Of a stretch of DNA of 64,000 bases, positions 31,133 to 42,643 are shown one piece after another. A program made the translations under genes and the position numbers. The stretch is from an uncultured delta proteobacterium (GTDB taxonomy: Bacteria > Desulfobacterota > Desulfuromonadia > Geobacterales > Pseudopelobacteraceae), in the NCBI GenBank assembly GCA_963772835.1, contig CAVYYZ010000005.1, forward strand, positions 96,001-160,000, given 5' to 3'. The notes under the pieces were generated by a model, which worked only from the letters and a program-made list of their open reading frames with translations, made no database searches and had not been told where the DNA came from. Numbering within the stretch: position 1 is the stretch's first letter; each line of letters starts with the position of its first letter.

Positions 31133-32275
31133 ATGACCGTTGTGTATGCAATCGTAGTGTTAGGAATTTTGATTTTTGTCCATGAACTAGGGCATTTTCT
31201 GTTCGCCAAATTAATGGGGGTCAGCGTAGAAAAATTTTCTCTCGGCTTTGGCCCCAAGCTCATCGGTAAAAAAATCGGAGAGACTGAATATCTGCTTTCA
31301 GCCTTTCCGCTGGGCGGATACGTCAAGATGTTCGGCGAAGGTGGGTTTATTGAAGGGGGAGAACAGGACCCCCGGCCTGAAGTTAAAAATGCCGAATCGG
31401 TTGAAACATCTGAACCGGTTATGCGTGAACTGACCGATGATGAAAAAGCGCGTTCCTTCGCCCATAAACCGGTTGCTGCACGCATTGCAATTGTTATGGC
31501 CGGCCCGGTCTTCAATCTGCTCTTTGCCTGGCTTATTTTCATCGTACTTTGCATGATGGGTGTCCCTACCGTTACCACCAAAATCGGCGAGGCTCTCAAA
31601 GACAAACCGGCAGCAAAAGCCGGTATGCAAAAAGGTGATGTCATCACCGCCATAAACAACATGCCGATCACCCGCTGGGATCAGATCGCCGATGGTGTTT
31701 CCGCAAGCAAAGGCCAGCCACTTGCTCTAACAATAAGACGTGAAGCCGCGGACATAACTTTCACCATAACCCCCGAACCACGCATTTCAAAAAACCTGTT
31801 CGGTGAGAAAATAAACGGCTATGCCATCGGGGTTGCCTCGGCCGGTGAATTTGTCACTGAGTACTTCACCCCCCCTCAGGCATTCATTAAAGGGACTGAA
31901 CAAACATGGAAAGTCATTGACCTGACGTTCATGTCACTGGTTAAAATGGTGCAGCGCGTTGTTCCCATGGACAGTGTCGGCGGTCCTATAATGATTGCAA
32001 AGATGGCCGGAGAGCAGGCCTCGGCCGGCATTGCTCCTTTTCTGGCATTTATGGCACTACTCTCTGTCAACCTGGGGGTACTCAACCTGCTACCTGTTCC
32101 GGTACTTGATGGCGGGCACCTACTGTTCTATTTTATGGAGTTGATCTTCCGCCGACCGGTTCCGCAAAAAGTTCGCGAATATGCTCAGCAGATTGGAATG
32201 GTACTGCTGTTGGGTTTGATGGTTCTTGCCTTCTATAACGACATTATCAGGTATTTTGTCAATCGTCAGGGGTAG
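31133..32275 (+). CDS. rseP: RIP metalloprotease RseP
   Basis: HELGH, PDZ domain, NLLPVPVLDGG. Confidence 0.95.
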   Translation: MTVVYAIVVLGILIFVHELGHFLFAKLMGVSVEKFSLGFGPKLIGKKIGETEYLLSAFPLGGYVKMFGEGGFIEGGEQDPRPEVKNAESVETSEPVMRELTDDEKARSFAHKPVAARIAIVMAGPVFNLLFAWLIFIVLCMMGVPTVTTKIGEALKDKPAAKAGMQKGDVITAINNMPITRWDQIADGVSASKGQPLALTIRREAADITFTITPEPRISKNLFGEKINGYAIGVASAGEFVTEYFTPPQAFIKGTEQTWKVIDLTFMSLVKMVQRVVPMDSVGGPIMIAKMAGEQASAGIAPFLAFMALLSVNLGVLNLLPVPVLDGGHLLFYFMELIFRRPVPQKVREYAQQIGMVLLLGLMVLAFYNDIIRYFVNRQG

Positions 32276-32302
32276 GTTTTACTGAAAACGAAAGGAACGA
32301 AG

Positions 32303-33349
32303 ATGTCATCAGAATTGCGAGAGACTGTTATAACGCCATATGATACCCGTTATCTCTTCGTCCTGCCATTTTCCACAGATCCGGTTATTGCCCGTCGGTT
32401 CCTTGCCCGTGACAGTAATATTGTCGGAAATATCCGCTTTGGCAAGATACTTGAGACTCTTGACAAGGTAGCCGAAAATACGGCTCTGGCGTACGTCCAC
32501 CGCTTTTATCCCGAAGCACGGGTAGTCACGGCGGCCGTTGACAGCATAGTTCTGAGAAATCCCGCCGATACCAAACACGATCTTGTGTTCTCGGCTCAGA
32601 TCAACCACGTTGGCAAGTCTTCTATGGAGGTTGGCATCCGCATCGAATGCCTCGGGGAGGGCTCCAGCCATCTTGCGAGCTGCTATTTCACTATGGTGGC
32701 TCGCTCAACCGACTGCGGTGAAGCAAAAAGCCTTACATTGCCCCCACTACAGTATCTGGAGGAAATCAGCAAAAAGCGCTATCAAAAAGCCGAGCTGCGG
32801 CGGCGAACATATAGGGACGGACTTGCGAAAGCTGAAGAGATGCCGTCACTCGATGAATATCTGTTTCTCAAAAAATTGCATAAAAAGCAGGAATCCTCTG
32901 ATTTTACCGGAGTATATGCAGGCAGCCTGGTTCTTGAATCCACTGTCAGGGCATATCCTGAACAGGAGAATGTCCCCACGACCATTTTTGGTGGCTACCT
33001 TATAAGGAAGGCGTATGAATTATCGGCTCTTGCGGCTGAAATGGTTGCGCCTGACAGACCGGTGCCATGTCAGGTGAACCGGATCAACTTCGATCAGCCG
33101 GTGTTACTGGGTGATCAACTGAAATTTACCGCCAGAGTCGTCTATACCGGCAAAACAACCATTACCGTTCAAACCGACATAGAGCGTTTCAACCGCTCAA
33201 ACAGGAACAAGTCGCTTTCAAACTCCTGTCTGTTTACGTTCCGTAACGTAGCCAGTGATATGAGTCCACAACCGGTGCCATTCATCTACCCGGTAACGTA
33301 TGCCGAGGATGCACGTTTTCTGAACGCCTACCGCCAACGGCTCGATTGA
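32303..33349 (+). CDS. Double hot-dog acyl-CoA thioesterase
   Basis: IRFGKILETLD, VTAAVD, VGKSSMEV, IFGGYLIRKAYE. Confidence 0.85.
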   Translation: MSSELRETVITPYDTRYLFVLPFSTDPVIARRFLARDSNIVGNIRFGKILETLDKVAENTALAYVHRFYPEARVVTAAVDSIVLRNPADTKHDLVFSAQINHVGKSSMEVGIRIECLGEGSSHLASCYFTMVARSTDCGEAKSLTLPPLQYLEEISKKRYQKAELRRRTYRDGLAKAEEMPSLDEYLFLKKLHKKQESSDFTGVYAGSLVLESTVRAYPEQENVPTTIFGGYLIRKAYELSALAAEMVAPDRPVPCQVNRINFDQPVLLGDQLKFTARVVYTGKTTITVQTDIERFNRSNRNKSLSNSCLFTFRNVASDMSPQPVPFIYPVTYAEDARFLNAYRQRLD

Positions 33350-33573
33350 TTCAGGAACCGGCGTAATCAGAACAAAGCCGCGAAGAGCATGGTTTTTAAA
33401 CAGTCACCATGAATTAGTACGCATGATTCTTCCGTTTACTTTTCAACATCTGCAATCTTCGTGTTTTATCCAAATGCGCGGTTTCCGGCAGCGTATTGGC
33501 CGTGAATACTATTTTCCGGCTGAATCAGGAACAAATTCTTCCAACTCATACCGTTATCCGGAGGAGTCAATCG

Positions 33574-34293
33574 ATGAATATCCTCGCCATAGACACTTCC
33601 ACATCCCTCGCCAGCATCGCCATCACTGTTGATGAGCAGATCGTTGCCGAGTCACTGGTTAACACCAACCGTACCCTTTCTGCGCGTCTCGTGCCCGAGA
33701 TCGAGCGCCTTCTCACGACGGCGGGCCTGGATTTTACAGATATCGATCTCTTTGCCTCGACGGTCGGGCCAGGTTCATTTACCGGCGTACGCGGCGGTGT
33801 GGCAACGATTCAAGGATTGTCACTGGCAGTCGGCAAGCCATGCACCGGTTTTTCTTCACTTGCCATGCTGTCCATGAATTTTACTTTCTCGACCGCGTTG
33901 GTCTGTCCGATGCTGGATGCGCGCAAGGGTGAAGTGTATGCCGCACTCTATGACTGTACGTCCCCCCTCCCCTCCCCGCGCATTGCCGATTGCGTACTTA
34001 ACCCCGCATCATTTCTCGAAAAGATTACCGCTCTGACCGGACAGCCTGTCATTTTCGCAGGAGAGGGCGCGCTGCGCTATCACGAACTCATCGCCGATCT
34101 AATGGGCAGCCAGGCCCACTTCGCCCCGTTCCAACTCAATTGTCCCCATGCTGCCAACGGAGCCCTGCTGGCATTGCATAACTTCCAAAACGGCACATTA
34201 CTGGAACCGAGTCAGCTTCTTCCGGTCTACCTGCGTGCCTCTGATGCAGAAATTAACCACGCATTAAAAAAGTCAATCGCGCACATATTTTAA
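33574..34293 (+). CDS. tsaB: tRNA threonylcarbamoyladenosine biosynthesis protein TsaB
   Basis: MNILAIDTST, GPGSFTGVR, DARKGEVY, PVYLR; GGAGGAG RBS. Confidence 0.93.
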   Translation: MNILAIDTSTSLASIAITVDEQIVAESLVNTNRTLSARLVPEIERLLTTAGLDFTDIDLFASTVGPGSFTGVRGGVATIQGLSLAVGKPCTGFSSLAMLSMNFTFSTALVCPMLDARKGEVYAALYDCTSPLPSPRIADCVLNPASFLEKITALTGQPVIFAGEGALRYHELIADLMGSQAHFAPFQLNCPHAANGALLALHNFQNGTLLEPSQLLPVYLRASDAEINHALKKSIAHIF

Positions 34294-34469
34294 AGTGCAA
34301 AGGACTACTCCTCCAGGACACCCTTTCACAGTCAACATATTACGGCGGCACTCATTTTTTTTGCCAAGAGTGCAATGACCCAACGCGGGAGTTTTTCTGT
34401 TTACGTACAAAAGACATGTCAGGTAATAATAGCAGCACTTGAGCCCTGCATCTGAAAAGGAGCCCGCCC

Positions 34470-35948
34470 ATGAAGTCACTTGCATCTGTTCTTTCAGCAT
34501 TATATCTGTTCTTAGCCGTTGCCGGTGTGTCACTCGCAGAACCGTTCAAAACTCACGTGTCAGAGTTCAATGTCACCGGCGTTCCCAATGGCGAAGTGCT
34601 CAAGCTGACTCTGCAGGGGATCCTGACTTCGCGCCTTAACCCTGAACTGGTTAAACTCGTTGAGAAACCTGATCAGGCAGAGCTTTTGATTATCGGCAGT
34701 TATGCACAGTTCGGAAAAATGTTCAGCCTGGATGTTCTCATCAAAAACAGATGGAACGACAGTTTAGTCAAAGATTTTGAGCAGGGCGAAGGACAGGAGG
34801 ACGTTATCCCGGCAATAGTACGACTGGCGAAAAAGATCGACACTGAACTGGTGAAGAACCCGGCTTTCACGATGCCGGCAGTGCCGAACCCGGTTCTAAA
34901 ACCATCCGCCCCGAACGTTTCTCCGGAGATCGTGAAGGATACTTATATAGTAAGCAGTGATTCTTCGACAAAAAAAACACCCGGCAGTTGGTCAAGCACT
35001 CCACTGGACGGAGTATTCCACAGTATCGCGATGGGCCGAACTCTTACTTCCGGAGAAAGAGAACTGTTCGTTGCCGGGGACCATACTGTCCGCGCATATC
35101 TGAAAGGGAGCGACCTGAGACTGTGTGCAGAAATCATCATACCTGCTCCGGCAAAAATTCTTGCCATTGACACTGCCGACCTTGACAGAGACGGTGTGCC
35201 GGAACTGTACGTCACCATCGTAGACAGAGAGTTCCCCAGTTCGCGGGTGTATCAATTTGATGGGACAGCGTTTGCGATGATCGCAGAGAAACTGCCATGG
35301 CTTTTTCGCGGTATCGGCCATGACGCTAAATCCAGAACTATCTACGCCCAGGAGATGGAAAGGGGCGGTAAATATTATGGGGATGTCAAAGAGTTGTCCA
35401 AGGCAGCCGCCAGCTTTACTGCGACTAAGTCTCAAAAGCTCCCCCGCTCAGGGAACTTATTCAACTTCGCCCGCCTCAGCGAAATGTCGGGTAATGGTAA
35501 TTACGTCGTGCTGAATGAGGACGGTTATCTTGTCATCTACTCATCTGAAGGTACTGAAGTATGGAAGAGCAGTGAGAAATACGGGGGATCGGAAAGTTAT
35601 TTTAATACTGAAACACAGAGTCATGCGCGGTCCGGACGCGACCTTCATAGGTGGACTTTTCTAGAACAGAGAATTTCAATTCTAAAGGACGGGACAATTT
35701 TAGTTCCCCGCAATGATGGTACCTTCAATTTTGGGAACAGCAGGTCTTACGACAAGTACGCCCTGTACTCTTTCGAATGGACAGGTGCAGTACTGAAGGA
35801 AAAATGGCATACCACTCAGTCACCGGGGTATTTAGCCGATTATTCTATTGATCAGGTATCCGGGGAAGTTCTCCTTCTGGAAGTAGTTCAGAAGGAGGGG
35901 CTTTTTGCCAAAGGGAAGACTGTTATCTCCATAAACAGAATAGAATGA
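34470..35948 (+). CDS. Exported FG-GAP/VCBS-repeat protein
   Basis: Signal peptide ending SLA-EP; ADLDRDGVPEL repeat; beta-propeller-like C-terminal half. Confidence 0.72.
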   Translation: MKSLASVLSALYLFLAVAGVSLAEPFKTHVSEFNVTGVPNGEVLKLTLQGILTSRLNPELVKLVEKPDQAELLIIGSYAQFGKMFSLDVLIKNRWNDSLVKDFEQGEGQEDVIPAIVRLAKKIDTELVKNPAFTMPAVPNPVLKPSAPNVSPEIVKDTYIVSSDSSTKKTPGSWSSTPLDGVFHSIAMGRTLTSGERELFVAGDHTVRAYLKGSDLRLCAEIIIPAPAKILAIDTADLDRDGVPELYVTIVDREFPSSRVYQFDGTAFAMIAEKLPWLFRGIGHDAKSRTIYAQEMERGGKYYGDVKELSKAAASFTATKSQKLPRSGNLFNFARLSEMSGNGNYVVLNEDGYLVIYSSEGTEVWKSSEKYGGSESYFNTETQSHARSGRDLHRWTFLEQRISILKDGTILVPRNDGTFNFGNSRSYDKYALYSFEWTGAVLKEKWHTTQSPGYLADYSIDQVSGEVLLLEVVQKEGLFAKGKTVISINRIE

Positions 35949-36224
35949 CAAGCTCGCATGGACGCACGATACGCATAACGTCAACTCATTTCAAGGACAG
36001 TGGCTCACTCCACTGATCCGCAGGGCAACAATCAACACAATCTCTGCTGGGTAGCCGACACAGAACTGAGAACAGATGGAATCCGGTGTACACATTCTGG
36101 CTGTTGCTGTGTATTCCTGGACACACTGTCTGCAATATATGACCGCCACATACCTGCATGATGCCACAGACAGCGGCGATGCAAAAAACAAAATGATCCA
36201 TCCCGGATATCTACTTTCAACGTA

Positions 36225-37097
36225 GTGTACCTCCCTCTCGTTGAGCAGCGCACCGAAGAGCTGGCACAGCAGGTAACCGAGAAAGAAAAGGCCCTTGGGG
36301 AGTTGCGACTCCAACAGGACAAACTGGTTCAGGCCGACAAAATGACATCCATCGGCATTCTGGTTTCCGGGGTTGCCCACGAAATAAATAATCCCAACGG
36401 CTTGATACTGTTGAATGTGCCGACACTGAAGGAAGCAAGTGCCGACGCTGAAAAAATTCTTGAAAAACACTTTCATGAGTACGGAGACTTTATCTATGGA
36501 GGACTCCCCTATTCCCGGATGCGGGATAATATTCCACGACTGTTCACAGAAATGCAGGAGGGAGCGAAACGCATCAAGCGAATAGTTGATGATCTGAAGG
36601 ATTTCGCACGACGAGACACATGTGCCGCAATGGAACGAATCGACTTCAACTCAGTCGCCCAGGCAGCGGTGAGGCTGGTTGAACCGACACTCCGTGAGAC
36701 AACGGGACATTTTACGGCGGAATATGGCGAAAATCTGCCAGACGTTCACGGAAACAGGCAACGGGTTGAACAGGTCATAGTTAATCTGCTGCTCAATGCG
36801 TGTCAGGCACTTCCGGATAACCAACGAAAAATAAATCTTGAAACCGGATACGATCAGTCAACCTGCTCCGTTATCTTGACGATTTCAGACGAAGGAATTG
36901 GTATCTCACCTGAAGTCAGGCCCTTTATTACCGATTCTTTTTTCACCACGAAACGTGATTCCGGAGGCACCGGCCTCGGACTCTCCGTATCAGCCGGCAT
37001 CGTCAAGGAGCATGATGGTTCACTCGAATTTGAATCTGCATCCGGCACAGGGACCATCGTCACTCTGAAGCTTCCGGCAAAACAGAAGGAGCGTTAA
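36225..37097 (+). CDS. Histidine kinase (HisKA + HATPase) lacking its sensor domain; possibly a 5'-truncated gene
   Basis: GVAHEINNP, NLLLNA, DEGIGI, FFTTK, GTGLGL; in-frame stop at 36159; no RBS or TM segment. Confidence 0.75.
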   Translation: MYLPLVEQRTEELAQQVTEKEKALGELRLQQDKLVQADKMTSIGILVSGVAHEINNPNGLILLNVPTLKEASADAEKILEKHFHEYGDFIYGGLPYSRMRDNIPRLFTEMQEGAKRIKRIVDDLKDFARRDTCAAMERIDFNSVAQAAVRLVEPTLRETTGHFTAEYGENLPDVHGNRQRVEQVIVNLLLNACQALPDNQRKINLETGYDQSTCSVILTISDEGIGISPEVRPFITDSFFTTKRDSGGTGLGLSVSAGIVKEHDGSLEFESASGTGTIVTLKLPAKQKER

Positions 37098-38522
37098 ATG
37101 AATGAGACTCCGTACCCCCCATTCGGCGTTCTGCTGGTAGACGATGAGCCGGCATGGCTGCTTGCCCTCTCGATCACCCTGGAACGCTGTGCCGGCATCA
37201 CCAACATTACAACCTGCGAGGACAGCCGAGATGTAATGGGTATTCTGGGCGCACGTGATGTGGGAATTGTCCTGCTTGATCTCACCATGCCCGGATTGTC
37301 AGGCGAAGATCTACTGGCCAGAATCACTGAGGAGCATCCCGGAGTAATCGTAATTGTTATCAGTGGCATGAATCAGCTTGAGACAGCAGTCAGCTGCATG
37401 CGTGCCGGAGCATTCGATTATTTTGTCAAAACCTCTGAAGAAGACCGGATCGTAAGCGGCGTGCTGCGTGCCGTCAGGATGTTTGAACTGCAGCAGGAAA
37501 ACAGGGAAATGTCCATGCGGCTTCTCTCAGGCACCCTGCAGCACCCAAGAGCCTTTGATGATATTATTACCGCCGATCATGCGATGCATGCCATATTTTC
37601 GTATATCGAGGCAGTGGCAAAAAGCACCGAACCGCTCCTCATCAGCGGAGAAAGCGGCGTTGGCAAGGAGTTCATCGCGAAGGCCGCCCACAACCTCAGC
37701 AATTGCCGGGGGCCACTCGTGGCGGTAAACGTTGCCGGGCTCGATGACACGGTATTTGCAGACACGCTCTTCGGTCACGTTCGCGGGGCTTTTACCGGAG
37801 CTGATCAGACACGACGCGGGATGATTGAAGAAGCAACCGACGGGACGCTCTTTCTCGATGAAATCGGAGATCTTTCGATCGCATCCCAGGTAAAGCTGCT
37901 TCGTCTTCTTCAGGAGGGGGAATACTTTCCGCTCGGCAGCGATCGCCCGAAGCGACTCAAGGCGCGGGTGATTTTCGCCACCCACCAGGATCTGGCGGTA
38001 AAACAGGGGACCGGCGCATTCCGGCGTGACCTGTATTACCGGCTCTGTACGCACCATGTTCAGGTCCCTTCCCTCCGGGATCGAAAAGGGGATCTACCGC
38101 TGCTGCTCGATCATTTTCTGAGCGAGGCGGCGCGCGCCCTCGACAAAAAGAAACCGACACCACCGAAGGAGTTGGTACAGTTACTTGCTACATACGACTT
38201 TCCCGGCAACATTCGTGAATTGAAAGCGATGGTATTCAACGCAGTCAGTATTCACACGGAGCGAATTCTTTCCATGGACTCGTTTGTCAGAATCATCGGT
38301 CGTTCAGGGGAGAATTCTGCCCCGTCGGCAACCTCCTTCGACCGCTCTGTTCTTGCCGGGCTCACGCATCTCCCCACTTTTGGCGAAGCCGCAGAAATTC
38401 TGGTTGATGAGGCATTGGCCCGGGCCAACGGCAACCAGACTATCGCCGCCCGTCTTCTAGGCATCACCCAGTCGGCATTAAGTAAGCGCCTCAAATTGGG
38501 ACGGCAGCCCGATATGGTGTGA
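37098..38522 (+). CDS. NtrC-family sigma-54 response regulator
   Basis: REC domain (VDDE, DLTMP), GESGVGKE, GAFTGA, FLDEIG, Fis-type HTH. Confidence 0.93.
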   Translation: MNETPYPPFGVLLVDDEPAWLLALSITLERCAGITNITTCEDSRDVMGILGARDVGIVLLDLTMPGLSGEDLLARITEEHPGVIVIVISGMNQLETAVSCMRAGAFDYFVKTSEEDRIVSGVLRAVRMFELQQENREMSMRLLSGTLQHPRAFDDIITADHAMHAIFSYIEAVAKSTEPLLISGESGVGKEFIAKAAHNLSNCRGPLVAVNVAGLDDTVFADTLFGHVRGAFTGADQTRRGMIEEATDGTLFLDEIGDLSIASQVKLLRLLQEGEYFPLGSDRPKRLKARVIFATHQDLAVKQGTGAFRRDLYYRLCTHHVQVPSLRDRKGDLPLLLDHFLSEAARALDKKKPTPPKELVQLLATYDFPGNIRELKAMVFNAVSIHTERILSMDSFVRIIGRSGENSAPSATSFDRSVLAGLTHLPTFGEAAEILVDEALARANGNQTIAARLLGITQSALSKRLKLGRQPDMV

Positions 38523-39219
38523 ATGACGACGCCAGAACATTTAACGAGTATCTGACCGCCCGTGCTGCTGCGACGCTTGCCTACCAGATGGCCGGTGTCG
38601 CCATCGGTTGGCAGATGTACGATCTGACTGGAAGCCCTCTCGCCCTCGGCCTGGTCGGGCTCGTTCAGTTTGTCCCTTCGTTGGTTCTGGCGCTTTATGT
38701 CGGCCATGCTGCAGACCGATATGACCGTCGTTCAATACTGGCAATCGCCCAGATTCTGGGGGGCTCGGAGTTTTACGATCCGCTCCGGCAGTCGGAGCGT
38801 TGTCAGCGTCACTCTATCTGGCCCGAAAACCGTTACAACGCAGAGTCGGTAAAATCATGTTCGCAGCCGTCGCCGGATTCGGTCTGGCAACAGCCGTCTT
38901 TGCCCTTTCGACCTCAATTGTACTGTCATGCCTCGCTCTGGCGATACTCGGGTGGGCCGACATGATAAGCGTAGTTATCAGGGCTTCGCTGGTACAACTG
39001 GAAACCCCGGATGAAATGCGGGGGAGAGTCAGCGCCGTTAATGCCGTATTTATCGGCACCTCCAACGAATTTGGAGAGTTTGAATCCGGGGTGACGGCCG
39101 CCTGGCTCGGGGTGGTGCCGGCAGCACTGCTGGGCGGCGTCGGCACGCTGGCGGTTGCTGTTCTCTGGATCTATCTCTTTCCGCAACTTGTTCAGCGTAA
39201 ATCGCTGCATGCCAGCTGA
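38519..39219 (+). pseudogene. MFS (DHA3/MFS_3-like) transporter with internal deletion and frameshift
   Basis: N-terminal ~80 aa (GHAADRYDRR) joined at a G6 run (38758-38763) to an out-of-frame C-terminal part (GLGVLRSAPAVG...TPDEMRGRV...SNEFGEFESG). Confidence 0.85.
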
Positions 39220-39488
39220 TAAACCGGATATAATTTTGCCGTAACTGACGTATACCAGTACCTGAAAATATCGGGCATGCGTTATGATTACCCGGCGACT
39301 TTCAGGCGACTCTTGACACACCAGTCTTACGTGGGAAACGCTCCTGAGCCCATGCGCTTTCCTTCAACGTGCATGATACTGCGCACATCCTGATAATATG
39401 GACACATCAACGCGGACCGAAAAAGCGGGCATTGCGCAATAATTCTTCCCTGTTATACTTCATTTTATTACCTTCTGGAGCCATCACC

Positions 39489-40661
39489 ATGAACATTCAT
39501 GAGTATCAGGCCAAGGAAATCCTCAGCAGCTACGGCATCCCGATTCCCCGGGGACTTGTTGCACTCACCTCAGACCAGGTTGAACGTGCCGCAAAAATGC
39601 TGGGCGGTCGCTGCATCGTCAAGGCTCAGATTTATGCCGGCGGCCGCGGCAAGGCCGGCGGCATCAGGCTTGTTAACCATCCTGAGGAGGCACATGAATA
39701 CGGCAAGGAGCTGTTCGGGAGGGCACTGGTTACAAAGCAGACCGGCCCTCGCGGATTGAAGGTGCGCCGTATTCTGGTTGAAGAAGCGGTTGAAATAGCC
39801 CGGGAGCTCTATCTCGCAATCACGCTCGACCGTGAAAGTTCCCGCTATATACTGATTGCCTCGACCGAAGGCGGCATGGAGATCGAGCAGGTTGCCTGCA
39901 AGAGCCCGAACAGGATCATTACTCTCATTATCGACCCGTTCACCGGCCTGCGGCCCTATCAGGCCCGCACGGTGGCTCTGGCGCTAGAACTCTCCGGTTC
40001 GGTCTGTGAGGATTGCGTTGAACTGATCCTCAACCTTTACCGCGCCTGCCTGGAGAAAGACTGTTCCCTTGTTGAAATAAATCCGCTGGTGGTGACAAAA
40101 TCCGGCTGGCTTATGGCCATGGACGCAAAAATCACCTTTGATGACAATGCCGTGTATCGTCATCGCGAATATCCAGACATGGTGGACTACTCACAGCTTG
40201 ATCCGCTGGAGATAAATGCGGCCAAATACGATCTGACCTATATCAAACTATCCGGCAACATAGGCTGCCTGGTTAACGGAGCCGGACTTGCCATGGCTAC
40301 CCTGGATGTTCTCAATGAATGCGGCGGCGAGCCGGCCAACTTTCTTGATGTCGGGGGTGGAGCTACCCGCGAGAAGGTGGCAGAAGCGTTCAGGATCATT
40401 CTGCAGGATTGTGATGTCAAGGGTATTTTTGTCAACATCTTCGGCGGCATCATGCGTTGTGATGTCATCGCACAGGGGATTATCGAGGCGGCCGGCGCAG
40501 TCAGTTGTACTCTACCGATTGTCGTCCGTATGGACGGGAGTCAGGTTGAGGAAGGCAGGAAACTGCTCCGGGAATCCGGTCTCAATGTCCAGATCGGCGC
40601 GTCGCTGGGAGATGGCGCCGCCAGAATTATATTGATGCTTGGGCCGGGGGGCAATTCATAA
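39489..40661 (+). CDS. sucC: Succinyl-CoA synthetase beta subunit
   Basis: [47 protein letters not shown]. Confidence 0.93.
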   Translation: MNIHEYQAKEILSSYGIPIPRGLVALTSDQVERAAKMLGGRCIVKAQIYAGGRGKAGGIRLVNHPEEAHEYGKELFGRALVTKQTGPRGLKVRRILVEEAVEIARELYLAITLDRESSRYILIASTEGGMEIEQVACKSPNRIITLIIDPFTGLRPYQARTVALALELSGSVCEDCVELILNLYRACLEKDCSLVEINPLVVTKSGWLMAMDAKITFDDNAVYRHREYPDMVDYSQLDPLEINAAKYDLTYIKLSGNIGCLVNGAGLAMATLDVLNECGGEPANFLDVGGGATREKVAEAFRIILQDCDVKGIFVNIFGGIMRCDVIAQGIIEAAGAVSCTLPIVVRMDGSQVEEGRKLLRESGLNVQIGASLGDGAARIILMLGPGGNS

Positions 40662-41539
40662 TGTCTATACTTGTCGATAAAAACTCCAGGATTGTCGTTC
40701 AGGGGATAACCGGCCGGAGCGGCCTGTTTCACACCAGACAGTGCCGTGAGTACGGAACCGCCATCGTGGCCGGCGTAACCCCCGGCAAGGGTGGCATCCA
40801 AATCGAAGGAATCCCGGTTTTCAATACCGTTGCCGAGGCGGTCACTTACAGCGGAGCTGATGTGTCGATGATATTCGTGCCGCCTCCAGGGGCGGCCGAC
40901 GCAATTATGGAATCTATCGACGCCGGCATCTACCTGACGGTCTGCATCACCGAGGGAATTCCCATTCGCGACATGGTGCCGGTCAAGGCGTTTCTACAGG
41001 GGAGATCAACCCGGCTGATCGGCCCCAACTGCCCCGGAATAATTACTCCCGGCGAATGCAAAGTTGGAATTATGCCGGGCCAGATCCATACACGGGGAAG
41101 AATCGGAGTCGTTTCGCGCAGCGGGACCCTGACCTACGAAGCGGTTAAACAGCTGACCGATGTCGGGCTCGGTCAATCAACGTGTGTCGGCATCGGGGGC
41201 GATCCGATCATCGGCATGACTTTCATCGACGTCCTGACTCTCTTTAATCAGGATCCGGACACCGAAGGTGTGTTCATAATCGGTGAAATAGGCGGCGGTG
41301 CGGAAGAGGCGGCTGCGGTGTGGATCAAAGAGAGCATGACAAAACCGGTGGCCGCGTATATCGCCGGTGTCACCGCCCCTCCCGGCAGGCGCATGGGGCA
41401 TGCCGGAGCGATCATCACCGGAGGCAAAGGAAAGGCTGAAGACAAGATTCGCATTCTCAAGGAGTGCGGCGTGACAGTCGCTGTCAGTCCGACGAAAATA
41501 GGTGAGACCATGCTGGGGGCGCTGAAAGGGAGGAAATAA
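40661..41539 (+). CDS. sucD: Succinyl-CoA synthetase alpha subunit
   Basis: [35 protein letters not shown] phospho-His. Confidence 0.94.
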   Translation: MSILVDKNSRIVVQGITGRSGLFHTRQCREYGTAIVAGVTPGKGGIQIEGIPVFNTVAEAVTYSGADVSMIFVPPPGAADAIMESIDAGIYLTVCITEGIPIRDMVPVKAFLQGRSTRLIGPNCPGIITPGECKVGIMPGQIHTRGRIGVVSRSGTLTYEAVKQLTDVGLGQSTCVGIGGDPIIGMTFIDVLTLFNQDPDTEGVFIIGEIGGGAEEAAAVWIKESMTKPVAAYIAGVTAPPGRRMGHAGAIITGGKGKAEDKIRILKECGVTVAVSPTKIGETMLGALKGRK

Positions 41540-41604
41540 TTTCCCGGGACAACGAAATCTGATATTGTATCAAACGAAGGCACCTCTCACTGAAGGAACG
41601 CCCC

Positions 41605-42603
41605 ATGCCTCCACGCTCTTGCGCGCACCTGCTGCTTCTCACCATCCAACTCTGCCTGTTCCTGCCGTTTCTGTTCTCCTGCCATAAAGAAGGAGTGCAG
41701 CAGGATATAGAGACGACGCATACTCTGCAGAAATATCAGAAAGCACCGGCATCCGTTCCACACCGCGTCACGTTTGAATCAATGAATCCCGACCAATTGA
41801 CCGGTACGCCGGAAGTCATCCATGGATTGCTGTTCATGCCTGCCGAGGCCGCTTCTCGTCGGCTGCCGGCAATTATTGCTCTGCACGGTTGTGGCGGCAT
41901 GTACAGCAGTGCGAAATCAAAACGGGACGAGTTATCGGTTCGCCATCAGGCCATGGCCGACCTGCTGGTCGCCGAAGGGTACGCAGTCCTCTTCCCCGAC
42001 AGCTTTCGTTCGCGCGGTTTTGAAGAGTTGTGCACTGTCGAAAATAGAAAACGCACCGTCACCCAGCAGCACCGGCGCCTGGACGCTCAGGGCGCCCTCG
42101 CCTGGCTGCAGCAGCGGAGCGATATACAACCGGACCGAATAGCAATTCTTGGCTGGTCTCATGGAGGGAGTGCAGTCCTCGCCACCCTCAACGCGAAACA
42201 GCCTGTCGTAACCGACTGGAAAGGTCGCGAGCCGGCTACGCCCTATTTTCGAGCCGGAGTCGCCTTTTATCCAGGGTGCAGTGAGTCACTTAAGGTGACT
42301 GGGGGTTATTCACTCTCTGCGCCCCTGACGTTTTTTATCGGCGGCAGCGATGACTGGACGGCTCCGGGACCCTGTATAGAACTGGCGGCACAACTCGCAG
42401 CAGCGGGAGAAGATGCTACTGTCACGGTATACCCTGATACGTACCACGGCTTTGACGGACCGTCGACGCAGCCGCGACTTCGTCTTGAAGTGCCAAACGG
42501 TGTAAAACGCGGTAAAGGCGTGACCGTTGCGGCCAATCCGGAAGCACGCGATGATGCCTACGCAAAATTGAGAACATACCTGCGCAGACATCTTGCCCCG
42601 TAA
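41605..42603 (+). CDS. Dienelactone-hydrolase-family alpha/beta hydrolase, probable lipoprotein
   Basis: LFSC lipobox-like site; LHGCGG, GWSHGG, FYPGC, DDW, YHGFD. Confidence 0.85.
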   Translation: MPPRSCAHLLLLTIQLCLFLPFLFSCHKEGVQQDIETTHTLQKYQKAPASVPHRVTFESMNPDQLTGTPEVIHGLLFMPAEAASRRLPAIIALHGCGGMYSSAKSKRDELSVRHQAMADLLVAEGYAVLFPDSFRSRGFEELCTVENRKRTVTQQHRRLDAQGALAWLQQRSDIQPDRIAILGWSHGGSAVLATLNAKQPVVTDWKGREPATPYFRAGVAFYPGCSESLKVTGGYSLSAPLTFFIGGSDDWTAPGPCIELAAQLAAAGEDATVTVYPDTYHGFDGPSTQPRLRLEVPNGVKRGKGVTVAANPEARDDAYAKLRTYLRRHLAP

Positions 42604-42643
42604 GTGGCCGCTGATGATACGTATGTACCTGGAGATGCACGTT

